Assembly (NCBI GenBank): GCA_964448605.1
Contig: CAYUZV010000001.1
Coordinates: 8,693 to 72,692 of the forward strand
Direction: 5' to 3'
From: Candidatus Woesearchaeota archaeon
Lineage (GTDB): Archaea; Nanobdellota; Nanobdellia; Pacearchaeales; GW2011-AR1
DNA: 64,000 nucleotides
The position numbers were made by a program, and so were the translations under genes. The notes beneath the pieces are model-generated. The model was not told the origin of the DNA, did no database searches, and worked only from the letters and a program-made list of their open reading frames with translations. Below are positions 17,569 to 26,781 of this stretch, one piece after another. Numbering within the stretch: the stretch's first letter is position 1; every line of letters starts with the position of its first letter.

Positions 17569-20433
17569 ATGACATATATAAAAAAATTAGGTATGAAAGG
17601 GTTTAAGAGTTTTGCAAGAGAGACTCCAATTTATTTTGACAGGCATGTTGTTTGCATTGTTGGTCCTAATGGTTCTGGAAAGTCGAATGTTCTTGATGCA
17701 CTTTGTTTTGTTTTAGGAAGATTGTCGATAAAGTCGATTCGAGCTTCAAAAGCTTCGCATTTAATTTTTTCAGGAAACAAACATTATAAACCTGCGAATC
17801 AGGCATATGTTGAAATTGTTTTTGATAATTCTGATAAAACTTTTGCATTGGATAATGATGAAATTGCGATTCGGAGAATTGTTAAAAAAAATGGACAGGG
17901 AGTTTATAAAATAAATGGACAGGTAAAAACAAGGCAGGAGGTTTTGGAGTTGTTGGGGCAGGCAGGAATTGACCCTTATGGTTTTAATATTGTTTTGCAA
18001 GGTGAGATTGAAAAATTTGTTAAGATGCCTGCTGAAGAAAGAAGAAAAGTTATTGAAGAAGTTTCTGGAATTTCTATTTATGAAATGAGAAAAGAAAAGT
18101 CTATGAAAGAATTGGATAAAACAAATGAAAAACTTAAACAAATAAATTCAGTTTTGAGAGAGAGGGCGAATTATATTAGAAATCTTGAGAAGGAGAGAGA
18201 GCAGGCATTAAGATATAAAAAACTTCAGGGTTCTATTAAGAGATATAAGGCATCAATTATTCAGAGAAATATTTTAGACAGGGAAAAAGAGCTTAAGGAA
18301 ATTTTGAAAAATATGGAGGGCAAGAATTCTGATGTGAATAAAAAAGATGAGATTATTATTAAATTCAGGAGAGATATTGGGAATTTGAATAAAAGTGTGG
18401 AAGATATTTCCAAAGAGGTTCAGCAGAAATCTGGTTTTGAGCAGGATTCTCTTTTGAATGAAATTTCTGAAATAAAACAAGACATTGCTGGATTAGGTGC
18501 GAGGAAAGAGAATTATGAGAATAATCTTGTTGAATTAGATAGAAGGAAAGAGAGGTTGAATGTTGATATAAAAAATCTTAATGAGGAGATTGATAGAATG
18601 AGTAAGGAGAAGGGTAGAAATGTTAAAAGGGAATTGGAGGTTAAGAAAAATAAACTTGATGAGTTGGAAGAGACGAAAAGGCAGTATTATCTTATAAGGT
18701 CAAATTTGTCTTCTGTGAATAATCAGATTTCAGATAAGATGAGGCAGATTGCAAAATTAAATAATGAGAGTGATTTTATTTTGAATTCAATTGAGAATCT
18801 TGAAGATGAAATTAAAATAAGGGATGGTTTGGAGGAGCATGAAAAGAAAATTGAGAATTTGAATAAGAAGTTAAAGGTTAGTGAGAAAAAGATTGAAGAG
18901 ATGGAGGAGAGTTTGATGGTTAAGGAAAGAGAGTGTGCTATTAATGGAAGATTGATTGAGGATTCTGAAAAAATTAAGAGCCAGATTTCTGAACTTGATG
19001 TTTGTCCTTTGTGCAAGACAAAAGTTACTAAAGAGCATATTAAAGATGTTATTAGAAAAGTTGATGGAGATATTTCTGGTGCTCGGGAAGTTATTGAGAA
19101 TAATGAAAAAGAAATTAAAAAGATGAATTTTGAAATTGAGAAATTGAAGGAATTTATTGAGAAGGGAAATGAGGAAGTTAAAATTCGAGAGATTTGTATT
19201 GTGAAGATAAGAAATATTCGTGAGAAAAAAGATAGTTTGAGGAGAAATAATGAAGAGATGAAGGCGATTAAGAGCGAGTTGAAGGTTCTTGAAGATAAAA
19301 AGAGAATGTATGAGAATAAAGTTTCTTCAATAAAAATAAGTGAAGAGATGTATGAAAATTTGAAGTTGGAAGTTAGCGAACTGCAGAGGAGTGAGGAAAA
19401 AAATCTTGGAATTGAGATTGCGACAAAACAGAGAGAGGTTGACAGGGCTCGTTTAGCAATAAAGCAAATTGTTCGGGACAGAGAAGAGTTAGTTGAAGAA
19501 TTGAAAGATATAAATGAAAGTTTAGAGGAAAAGGAAAGTGTTGTTGAGGAAAAAGAAGAGCAGGCAGAGATTTTAAAGAAAAAGTATCAGAAAATGTTTG
19601 AAGAGAAAAATAAATTGCAGGACAGGGTTAGGAGTATTGAAAGTGATTTGATGAAAGTTCAGAATGAAAAGAGATTGCTTGAAAATGATATTAATAATTT
19701 GAAGATTTCTTGTGCACAGATTAATGCTAAGATTGATTCTTTGAAAGAGGAGATTGAGGAATTTGGGAAATTTGAATTTTTGAATTTGAATATTGATAAA
19801 CTGAAAGAGAAATTGAGAAATGCAGAGGTTATTTTGGAAAGGATTGGAAGTGTTAATATGAAGGCCTTGGAAGTTTATGAAGGTGTTAAAGAAGAGTATG
19901 ATAAAATTCGGGCGAAGGTTGAACAACTTGATAAAGAGAAAGAGGAGATTTTGAAAGTTATTGAACAGATTGACAGGAAAAAGAGGAGGACTTTTATGAG
20001 GACTCTGAAAGGTGTTAATGAATTGTTTTCAAGGAATTTTTCTCAATTAAGTGATAAGGGAGTTGTTAATCTTGAGGTTCAGGATAAAAAAGAGATTTTT
20101 AATGCAGGGCTTGATATTGTGATTAAAGTTGGTGCTGGAAAATATTTTGATATTACTTCATTGTCAGGAGGTGAGCAGACTCTTGTTGCTTTGTCTTTGA
20201 TTTTTGCAATTCAGGAACATCGTCCTTATAGTTTTTATGTTTTTGATGAAATTGATGCTGCTTTGGATAAAAGGAATAGTCAGAGATTAGCTTATCTTTT
20301 GAAAAAGCATATGAAAGAAGGGCAGTATTTGATTATAACTCATAATGATTCTATTATTTCAGAATCTTCTAATGTTCTTTATGGAGTTAGTATGCAGGAA
20401 GGTATTTCTAAGGTTTTGAGTTTGGAGGTTTGA
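17569..20433 (+). CDS. SMC-family ATPase with a Rad50-like CxxC zinc-hook in place of a hinge.
   Basis: N-terminal Walker A head (KGFKSF...IVGPNGSGKSNVLDALCFVLG). C-terminal signature and Walker B (LSGGEQTLVALSLIFAIQEHRPYSFYVFDEIDAALD). About 700 aa of coiled coil. The mid-coil motif DVCPLCKTKV at roughly nt 19000 replaces a Gly-rich SMC hinge. Confidence 0.8.
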   Translation: MTYIKKLGMKGFKSFARETPIYFDRHVVCIVGPNGSGKSNVLDALCFVLGRLSIKSIRASKASHLIFSGNKHYKPANQAYVEIVFDNSDKTFALDNDEIAIRRIVKKNGQGVYKINGQVKTRQEVLELLGQAGIDPYGFNIVLQGEIEKFVKMPAEERRKVIEEVSGISIYEMRKEKSMKELDKTNEKLKQINSVLRERANYIRNLEKEREQALRYKKLQGSIKRYKASIIQRNILDREKELKEILKNMEGKNSDVNKKDEIIIKFRRDIGNLNKSVEDISKEVQQKSGFEQDSLLNEISEIKQDIAGLGARKENYENNLVELDRRKERLNVDIKNLNEEIDRMSKEKGRNVKRELEVKKNKLDELEETKRQYYLIRSNLSSVNNQISDKMRQIAKLNNESDFILNSIENLEDEIKIRDGLEEHEKKIENLNKKLKVSEKKIEEMEESLMVKERECAINGRLIEDSEKIKSQISELDVCPLCKTKVTKEHIKDVIRKVDGDISGAREVIENNEKEIKKMNFEIEKLKEFIEKGNEEVKIREICIVKIRNIREKKDSLRRNNEEMKAIKSELKVLEDKKRMYENKVSSIKISEEMYENLKLEVSELQRSEEKNLGIEIATKQREVDRARLAIKQIVRDREELVEELKDINESLEEKESVVEEKEEQAEILKKKYQKMFEEKNKLQDRVRSIESDLMKVQNEKRLLENDINNLKISCAQINAKIDSLKEEIEEFGKFEFLNLNIDKLKEKLRNAEVILERIGSVNMKALEVYEGVKEEYDKIRAKVEQLDKEKEEILKVIEQIDRKKRRTFMRTLKGVNELFSRNFSQLSDKGVVNLEVQDKKEIFNAGLDIVIKVGAGKYFDITSLSGGEQTLVALSLIFAIQEHRPYSFYVFDEIDAALDKRNSQRLAYLLKKHMKEGQYLIITHNDSIISESSNVLYGVSMQEGISKVLSLEV

Positions 20434-20469
20434 GAGGGGTTTTAGAGTATCTCTGATGAGTTTTTACTA

Positions 20470-20650
20470 TTTTGCAATTCATGGCTCACCATCCTGCTCG
20501 TTATTTTTTTACTTTTCGCAAAATGGTTCGTTTCTCACTGAATTCGTCTATTGACAAAACTCAAGTTCTGACTTTGTTATTTTTAAGATTTAGTCAAAAT
20601 TCTCGTCCATCCTCAATAAAATTAGGAATTACAAAGTTTATTTATAAATA
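20470..20650 (+). repeat. Conserved intergenic element, copy B. Homologous to 5697-5820.
   Basis: Same core CACTGAATTCG and AAATTAGG(T/A)A blocks in the same order and orientation. Overlaps only a dubious 65-aa ORF. Confidence 0.45.
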
Positions 20651-20674
20651 TCGGAGATACTCGTTTTAACTGAA

Positions 20675-21016
20675 ATGTTTATAAGTGCACAATGTGTCTA
20701 TTTTGTATACAAAATGACTGAATTAATATCTACAAGGGCTCCTAAGGAAGTAATAGAAGAAGTTGATAGATTTGCTAAAGAAAAAGGGTTGGGAAGGACA
20801 GTCTTAGTGAAAATTTTACTTACAAAGGGTCTTGAAAAATTCAAGATTGAATATGCTATTGAAAAATACAGAAAGGGAGAAGTATCTCTTTGGAAAGGAG
20901 CTGATTTAGCAGGAGTTTCTTTATGGGTTTTTATGGATGAGGTTAAAAATAAAAAAATATCTCATTACACATTAGAAGATGCTAAGGAAGATATAAAACA
21001 GGTTTTTGGTAAATGA
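20675..21016 (+). CDS. UPF0175-family antitoxin-like protein.
   Basis: Small protein about 110 aa. Overlaps the downstream PIN-like gene by 4 nt. The UPF0175/DUF3368 pairing is a known TA architecture. Confidence 0.5.
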   Translation: MFISAQCVYFVYKMTELISTRAPKEVIEEVDRFAKEKGLGRTVLVKILLTKGLEKFKIEYAIEKYRKGEVSLWKGADLAGVSLWVFMDEVKNKKISHYTLEDAKEDIKQVFGK

Positions 21017-21525
21017 TATCAGTATGTAATTCGAGTCCATTAATTTATTTAGTAAAACTGAATAAACTAAATTTGCTTAAAAAAATTTATGAGAAAGTTT
21101 TTATTCCTGAAGAGGTTTTTGAGGAAGTTGTTTTAGAAGGAAAAAGATTGAATCAAAAAGAAGTTTTATTAATTGAAAAAGAAATAGGAGAAGGTTTTAT
21201 TGTTGTTAAAAAATCTGGAAGAGTTAAGAAACTAAGGGATTTGTCTCATTTGCATAAGGGTGAGATTTGTGCTATTTCTCTTTGTCTGAATTTTAATGAA
21301 AAAAATATTTTAATTGATGATAAAGAGGCTTATAAGATATGTCAACTTCTTGATTTGAATCCTGTTCGGACGAGTGCTATTTTTATTAGATTTTTTAAGG
21401 AAAAATTAATAGGTTTTGAAGAATATAAAAAATTGCTTATAGATTTGAGTAATGAAGGATATTATATTGATATTGAGACTTTTAATTATCTTTTGAATGA
21501 AGCGAGTAGATATGAGAAGGTTTAA
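21013..21525 (+). CDS. DUF3368-type PIN-domain toxin-like nuclease.
   Basis: N-terminus ISVCNSSPLIYLVKLNKLNLL is typical of DUF3368 PIN-like proteins. An acidic residue lies near the N-terminus. 170 aa. Confidence 0.5.
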   Translation: MISVCNSSPLIYLVKLNKLNLLKKIYEKVFIPEEVFEEVVLEGKRLNQKEVLLIEKEIGEGFIVVKKSGRVKKLRDLSHLHKGEICAISLCLNFNEKNILIDDKEAYKICQLLDLNPVRTSAIFIRFFKEKLIGFEEYKKLLIDLSNEGYYIDIETFNYLLNEASRYEKV

Positions 21526-21549
21526 AATACCTGGTTTCTTAGAGAGGTT

Positions 21550-24198
21550 ATGAAAAAGAGTGTATTATTGAGTATATTTGTAATATTAATGAGTTTGAAT
21601 TTTGTATTTGCTGGTTTTGAAGTTGGTGAGCCGTCGCATGAGATTGAGGGTTCTTATGTTTTTGGTCAGTATTTGGAGGGGTGGGTGAATATTAGTTTGA
21701 ATGGAGAGTCAGGTAATTCGCTTTTGACTGCTTTTGATTCTGAAATAACTTTGTATGATTTTTTGAAAAATAGTGATGAGAATTATACTTGTAATCCTTT
21801 TAATTGCAAGAATGATTATATTGGAGAAGATTCAAATGATTATAAGGGTGTGAAAATTGAACCTTATGAAAAGAGTTTGGTGGGTATTGAGTTAAAGGGT
21901 GTTATTGATAGAATTGATGAGTTGAGTTTCAAGGTTGTTCCAGATACATTGGAGTCTTGTTTAAATCCTTTGAAAATAGATTTGCTTGATGATGGTGAGG
22001 TGGAATGGGATGATGCAGATGTTTTGAATGATAGTTTTTGTGATTCTGTTAATCCTGATGGTTGTTTTAATTTAGAAGATTCTGAAGATGAAAGTTCTAT
22101 TTTAGAGGGAGAGATTTATTGTCAGGAGATAAGGTTGGATGTTGCAAAAGGATTTAAAATTGGTGCTGAATTGATTGGAGAAGGTAGTGCTGAAGTTAGC
22201 ATGTCTGTTTCAACTGAAGAAGATTATGAAAAGTGTTCTGTAATTGGGAATGGTGAGATTGGATGTGTTGTTGAATTTGATAGTGAGGTTAAGGATTCTG
22301 AAAAAGCTGAAGTTTGTATGGAGGTTGAAGATTTAGTTGGTGAATTGAGTATAAGATACGAGGATGTTAATCCTTGTGGTTATGTTGGAAGTTATTCGCA
22401 TGATTTTCAGATTTTTGCTAAACCTCTGAAGTATGCTCCTTTAAAAGAATTTTTCTTTAATGAAACTTCATTAGGAATTGATTTAACAGATTATGTTGAG
22501 GATTATGTTTTGATGAATTATGAGGGAGATTGTGGTGAGGGCTGTTTTATTCCTATTTCTTTTTCAGGAATTTCACAAAATGTTATTTTAAGTGATTTGA
22601 AACTTTTTTACAAATCAGAAGGAATTACTATGAATGGTGAATATTTTTATGATATTGAAATGAAGAATTTTACAATTGATTCAGATTTTATTAAACTTGA
22701 TTTAGAGCATGGTGAGTTTGAAGTTACTTCAAGTGATTTGGTTTTTGAGTTAGGAAGTTCAAAGATTTTTGAAGAAGATTTGATTTTTAGCGAGGGTTCT
22801 GGAATCTTTGATATTATTCCTTCTGAAGTTCCTGCTTTGGTTCCTGTAACTTTTGTTGCTGTTACTAATGGTTCAGTAAATAATACTTTTGAGTGGGATT
22901 TTGGAGAGGGTACTAAAAAAATAACTCTTTCTAATAAAGTAGTGCATACTTATCCAAAAACAGGAGATTATACAATTAATCTTGATGTTGGAGGTTCAAG
23001 CAAATCTGTTGAAATAAAAGTTGTTTCTCCAAAGGGTTCTATTGTAAAAAAAATTGGTGAGTTGAGAGATAATATCGAGGATATTGAGGGAAAGATTGAT
23101 GAATTTGATTCATGGATAAAACACGATTTGGTTCAAAGATTGAATTTTGAAGAGATTAAGGGTGATATTGATGAACAGGAGTTAGAGTATAATGTTGAGA
23201 TTAGTGAGGACAAGGCAGTTGAGATTATGACTGCTCTTTATGATTTGAAAGTTCCTGAGGATTTAAGGACAAGTGTTATTATAAATAATGTTGATTTTTT
23301 GCAAGATGATGAAAGAATTGATTTTGCTGTTTTGTCAGAAATAGGTGCAGGTGATATGAATCGGGATTATGTTAATTCAATAAATAGATGGGTTGATAAT
23401 AATCTTGAAATGAAAGTTGAGTCTAAGACCTATTCTCTTGTTTATAATTCTGAAGAGAGTGATTTTGTTTCCCATATTAAGGTTTCTTTGATTCCTAAAA
23501 ATGATTTGAAAGATGTTTATGTAGTTTTGGATGGGAATTCTGATAAAATTACTTCTAAGAAAGTTTTTCAGGGTAAAGGGAATAATTTGTTTAAGGAGTT
23601 AGATTTAGAAGAGAGTTTTGAATTTGAGTTTATTTATCCTGGAAGAGTTGATTTGGGCAGTATTCCTGTTTATGTTGTTCCTGATTCAAGTCAGTTGAGT
23701 GTTATTGATGTTGATGTTTGCAATAATAATGGTGTTTGCGAGGAGGGTGAGACAAATAAGAATTGTCCTAATGACTGCAAGAAATGGTTTAGTACTTTTG
23801 TTATTTTAGGAGTGCTTTTTTTTATTGCTCTTATTGTTTATATTATTTTGCAGGAATGGTATAAAAGGAATTATGAGAAGCATTTGTTTAAGAATAAGAA
23901 TCAGTTGTTTAATCTTGTTAATTTTATGAATATTTCTTTAAAGCATGGTTCTAAGAAAAATACTATTTTTGATAAGTTGAAGGGAGTTGGTTGGACAAAA
24001 GAGCAAATGAATTATGCTTGGAGAAAATTGCATGGCAAGAGAACTGGAATGTGGGAGATTCCTTTGTTTAAATGGTTTGAGAATAGAGAAGTTAAAAAGG
24101 AATTGGCTCAGAGGAATGTAAATCATAAAAACTCTAATAAAGGTTTGAAAAATATCAAGGGTTCTGGATTTAAAGGAAGACATATTAATACTAAATAG
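21550..24198 (+). CDS. Large secreted/cell-surface protein with signal peptide, PKD-like domain, C-terminal TM anchor and cytoplasmic tail of about 110 aa.
   Basis: Signal peptide MKKSVLLSIFVILMSLNFVFAG. PKD-like motif WDFGEGT...HTYPKTGDYTINLDV. Acidic, Cys-containing extracellular region. TM helix FSTFVILGVLFFIALIVYIIL near the C-terminus. Confidence 0.6.
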   Translation: MKKSVLLSIFVILMSLNFVFAGFEVGEPSHEIEGSYVFGQYLEGWVNISLNGESGNSLLTAFDSEITLYDFLKNSDENYTCNPFNCKNDYIGEDSNDYKGVKIEPYEKSLVGIELKGVIDRIDELSFKVVPDTLESCLNPLKIDLLDDGEVEWDDADVLNDSFCDSVNPDGCFNLEDSEDESSILEGEIYCQEIRLDVAKGFKIGAELIGEGSAEVSMSVSTEEDYEKCSVIGNGEIGCVVEFDSEVKDSEKAEVCMEVEDLVGELSIRYEDVNPCGYVGSYSHDFQIFAKPLKYAPLKEFFFNETSLGIDLTDYVEDYVLMNYEGDCGEGCFIPISFSGISQNVILSDLKLFYKSEGITMNGEYFYDIEMKNFTIDSDFIKLDLEHGEFEVTSSDLVFELGSSKIFEEDLIFSEGSGIFDIIPSEVPALVPVTFVAVTNGSVNNTFEWDFGEGTKKITLSNKVVHTYPKTGDYTINLDVGGSSKSVEIKVVSPKGSIVKKIGELRDNIEDIEGKIDEFDSWIKHDLVQRLNFEEIKGDIDEQELEYNVEISEDKAVEIMTALYDLKVPEDLRTSVIINNVDFLQDDERIDFAVLSEIGAGDMNRDYVNSINRWVDNNLEMKVESKTYSLVYNSEESDFVSHIKVSLIPKNDLKDVYVVLDGNSDKITSKKVFQGKGNNLFKELDLEESFEFEFIYPGRVDLGSIPVYVVPDSSQLSVIDVDVCNNNGVCEEGETNKNCPNDCKKWFSTFVILGVLFFIALIVYIILQEWYKRNYEKHLFKNKNQLFNLVNFMNISLKHGSKKNTIFDKLKGVGWTKEQMNYAWRKLHGKRTGMWEIPLFKWFENREVKKELAQRNVNHKNSNKGLKNIKGSGFKGRHINTK

Positions 24199-24246
24199 AT
24201 TTTTTATAATGAAAAAGAACAATATTCTTTATAAACTTAAAAATAT

Positions 24247-24897
24247 TTGTTTTATATGGTTTTTAAAGTATTGACAAATTTTACAAAGAGGATGTTTAAT
24301 TCGCTTTTTAGTCAGAGGAAAGAGATTTCATTAGGTTTTTATGGTCCTCCAAATGGGGGTAAAACTACTTTAGCTAATCGTATTTGTAAGGATTGGACTG
24401 GTGAGGAGATTGGTAAAGTTAGTAAAATGGCACATGAGACAAGGAAAGTTCAGTTTAAGGAAGAAGTTGAAATTAAGTATAAGGAAAAATCTCTGAAATT
24501 TAAACTTGTGGATACTCCTGGAATTGCTACGAAAATTGATTATGAGGATTTTATGAAGTTTAAGATGAAGAAAAAGCAGGCACAGAAAAGGGCTAAGGAG
24601 GCGACACAAGGAATTGTTGAATCAATTAAATGGCTTGATGATATGGATGCTGTTATTGTTGTTGTAGATGCTACTGAGAATCCTTATTCGCAAGTTAATA
24701 TTACCATGGTTGGCAATTTGGTTGCTCGGAAGATTCCTGTGCTTGTTGTTGCAAATAAGATAGATTTAAGAAAGGCGGATATTAAAAAAATTGAATCTGC
24801 TTTTCCTGATTATGATGTGATTGGAATTTCAGCTAAATATGGAAAAAACATGGACGAGTTTTATGAGTCTGTATTTAAGTTAGCTAAAAAAGTTTAA
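24247..24897 (+). CDS. Small GTP-binding protein (P-loop GTPase).
   Basis: G1 GPPNGGKTT, G3 DTPG, G4 NKIDL. True start may be a downstream Met near 24292. Confidence 0.6.
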   Translation: MFYMVFKVLTNFTKRMFNSLFSQRKEISLGFYGPPNGGKTTLANRICKDWTGEEIGKVSKMAHETRKVQFKEEVEIKYKEKSLKFKLVDTPGIATKIDYEDFMKFKMKKKQAQKRAKEATQGIVESIKWLDDMDAVIVVVDATENPYSQVNITMVGNLVARKIPVLVVANKIDLRKADIKKIESAFPDYDVIGISAKYGKNMDEFYESVFKLAKKV

Positions 24898-24921
24898 TGG
24901 ATAACATTTAAATATATATAA

Positions 24922-25341
24922 TTGATTATAGGTATAAAAGAGATGAAAATGGGAAAGAATAAGTTTAGAAAAGGATTGACATTGCACTTTGTGCCTTTTT
25001 CAGAAATATCCGGGCTTGATAGTGTGGATAGGATAAAGAAACTTTTGAGAATTGTTTTAGATAATAAATTGATTGTTCTTCAGGGTCGTTTGAGAGCAGA
25101 AGAGGAAACTCGTTTGATTGAAGATACTATGGTTATGATTGATAATATTAAGGGATTCAAAGGTGTTGAACTTGCTGTGATAACTCCTGACCAGGCTGAA
25201 GAGAGTTTTTTTAGTAAGTTTAAAAGTGGGCTTGCGAATATGTTAACTGGACAGCAAAATGCTTTGACGATTATAGGACCTGCAACAATTGTTAAAGAAA
25301 TGAAAAGAGACCCTTCTAAGCTTGAAGTTATGATGAGGTGA
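24922..25341 (+). CDS. Conserved archaeal hypothetical protein (DUF2073-like), adjacent to the GTPase.
   Basis: 139 aa with no motif. Gene order GTPase then small conserved protein is recurrent in archaea; this is recalled, not verified. Confidence 0.3.
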   Translation: MIIGIKEMKMGKNKFRKGLTLHFVPFSEISGLDSVDRIKKLLRIVLDNKLIVLQGRLRAEEETRLIEDTMVMIDNIKGFKGVELAVITPDQAEESFFSKFKSGLANMLTGQQNALTIIGPATIVKEMKRDPSKLEVMMR

Positions 25342-25344
25342 ATA

Positions 25345-25590
25345 TTATTTAGATTTTAAAGCAGATGCTATACTTGCAATTAGTGATGAAAGCAGTCCAA
25401 ATGCACTTATTAAAAGACCCGTAACATCGAGAACCTCTAATTGTAATAATACTACTGCGAAATAAATGAAAATCATGAAATTAATTATTTGAGAAAAAAT
25501 TGTTAAAGCATCTGCTGTTTTCATTTTAAGAATAGTTCTCTTATTATCCCATAAGATAAGAGTGTGAGGGCAATAAAACCCATTATCCAT
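25345..25590 (-). CDS. Small membrane protein with two TM helices.
   Basis: Helices IINFMIFIYFAVVLL and LLISAFGLLSSLIASIA. Confidence 0.25.
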   Translation of the reverse strand: MDNGFYCPHTLILWDNKRTILKMKTADALTIFSQIINFMIFIYFAVVLLQLEVLDVTGLLISAFGLLSSLIASIASALKSK

Positions 25591-25660
25591 GCAATATATT
25601 GAAATATTTCAATTGTTCTTTTTTTCATGTTATTATCAGGATTTTTTAATTTATAAGTTT

Positions 25661-26233
25661 TTATCCTCGAATATCTAATTCATTATTGATTATTATAAAT
25701 GTTTGAGAAGCAAAATAAGTTTCAGGTCCTATTGAAATTTTTGGATAAGATTTGATTTCTTTTTTTGGCAATCCTTCGTGGTCTCCTATGAGGAAAACTT
25801 TGTTTTTTAGGTTTTTTAGATTTCTTATATTTTCTCCTTTTTTATCTAAAACTAAAATTTCTTTTTCTTGGAAGAGTTCTTTTAGTAGTTTGTTTAAAGA
25901 TTTTTTTTCAATAAAGCAACCTGGAAAAACTTCTGTGTTTTTGTCTTTTTTGTATTTGTAGAGCATTCTTTTTATTAATCCTCCTATGTCTTTTTTGCTG
26001 ATTGTTTCTTTGTTTAATTTTTCTGTGATTAGGGTTAGGTGCATTGGAGGATTTGGAGGTCCGTTGAAAATTAAATGGAGTTTTATGTCTTTTCTGAGTT
26101 TGTTAGATAGAAATAGAGTTTGAATTATTACATTACAAACTATATCCATTCTTCCTGCTTTCATGAGATTTCTCTCTGGAAAGTTTCCAGATGTTCTTGC
26201 TTTTGATGAAAAGTAGATGAATTCTCTTATCAT
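25661..26233 (-). CDS. trmY: tRNA (pseudouridine54-N1)-methyltransferase TrmY-like (SPOUT, DUF358).
   Basis: 190 aa. N-terminus FIYFSSKARTSGNF...GRMDIVCNVIIQTLFLSNKLRKD and GPPNPP closely resemble TrmY. Confidence 0.55.
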   Translation of the reverse strand: MIREFIYFSSKARTSGNFPERNLMKAGRMDIVCNVIIQTLFLSNKLRKDIKLHLIFNGPPNPPMHLTLITEKLNKETISKKDIGGLIKRMLYKYKKDKNTEVFPGCFIEKKSLNKLLKELFQEKEILVLDKKGENIRNLKNLKNKVFLIGDHEGLPKKEIKSYPKISIGPETYFASQTFIIINNELDIRG

Positions 26234-26253
26234 ATAAATTGAAGGATGTAAAT

Positions 26254-26264
26254 CTTTATAAATA
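26254..26264 (+). promoter_or_regulatory. TATA box CTTTATAAATA about 20-29 nt upstream of the ATG at 26283. It lies inside a 42-nt block duplicated at 26753-26794.
   Basis: Canonical archaeal TATA spacing for a leaderless transcript. Duplicated with the downstream paralog. Confidence 0.4.
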
Positions 26265-26282
26265 ATTTTGTTTTTATTTTGG

Positions 26283-26747
26283 ATGGTTGAAAAAAAATAT
26301 GATATAATGGAATTTATGCCTGATTATTTTCATTATAGGGATAATGGGTTGGGTGAATTAGCTCTCATGGCTGCTGTTTCAATAAATTCTTATGGAAGAG
26401 ATACTTCTACAGATATTCGTCCTGTTATTAGGTTGGGAAGAATCATGCAGGTTTCAACTCAATCTGATGAGGATTGTCCTTATGAATCTGGAGGTATTCC
26501 TCTTAAAGATGATATTAATTTGGGTTGTTTTATGTATGATGTTTTTAGTTCATTAGGTAAAAGATATGAAACTGCTGATGAAATCATTGAGGAAACAAAA
26601 AAGATATCATTATCTTTGTTAGATTTTCAAAGGAGTGATAGGAATCAAAGAAAAGATTTAATTGATTTTTGCACTAATCTATCTCAAAAGGCTGAATCCT
26701 GGTGGCATTGGGAAAATCCAAATGGTTTCAGAAAATATATTGCTTGA
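26283..26747 (+). CDS. Hypothetical protein, first of two tandem paralogs sharing an identical promoter and 5' end.
   Basis: Begins MVEKKYDIMEF. The ORF track starts at an in-frame TTG at 26268. Confidence 0.4.
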   Translation: MVEKKYDIMEFMPDYFHYRDNGLGELALMAAVSINSYGRDTSTDIRPVIRLGRIMQVSTQSDEDCPYESGGIPLKDDINLGCFMYDVFSSLGKRYETADEIIEETKKISLSLLDFQRSDRNQRKDLIDFCTNLSQKAESWWHWENPNGFRKYIA

Positions 26748-26781
26748 GTAATCTTTATAAATAATTTTGTTTTTGTTTTGG

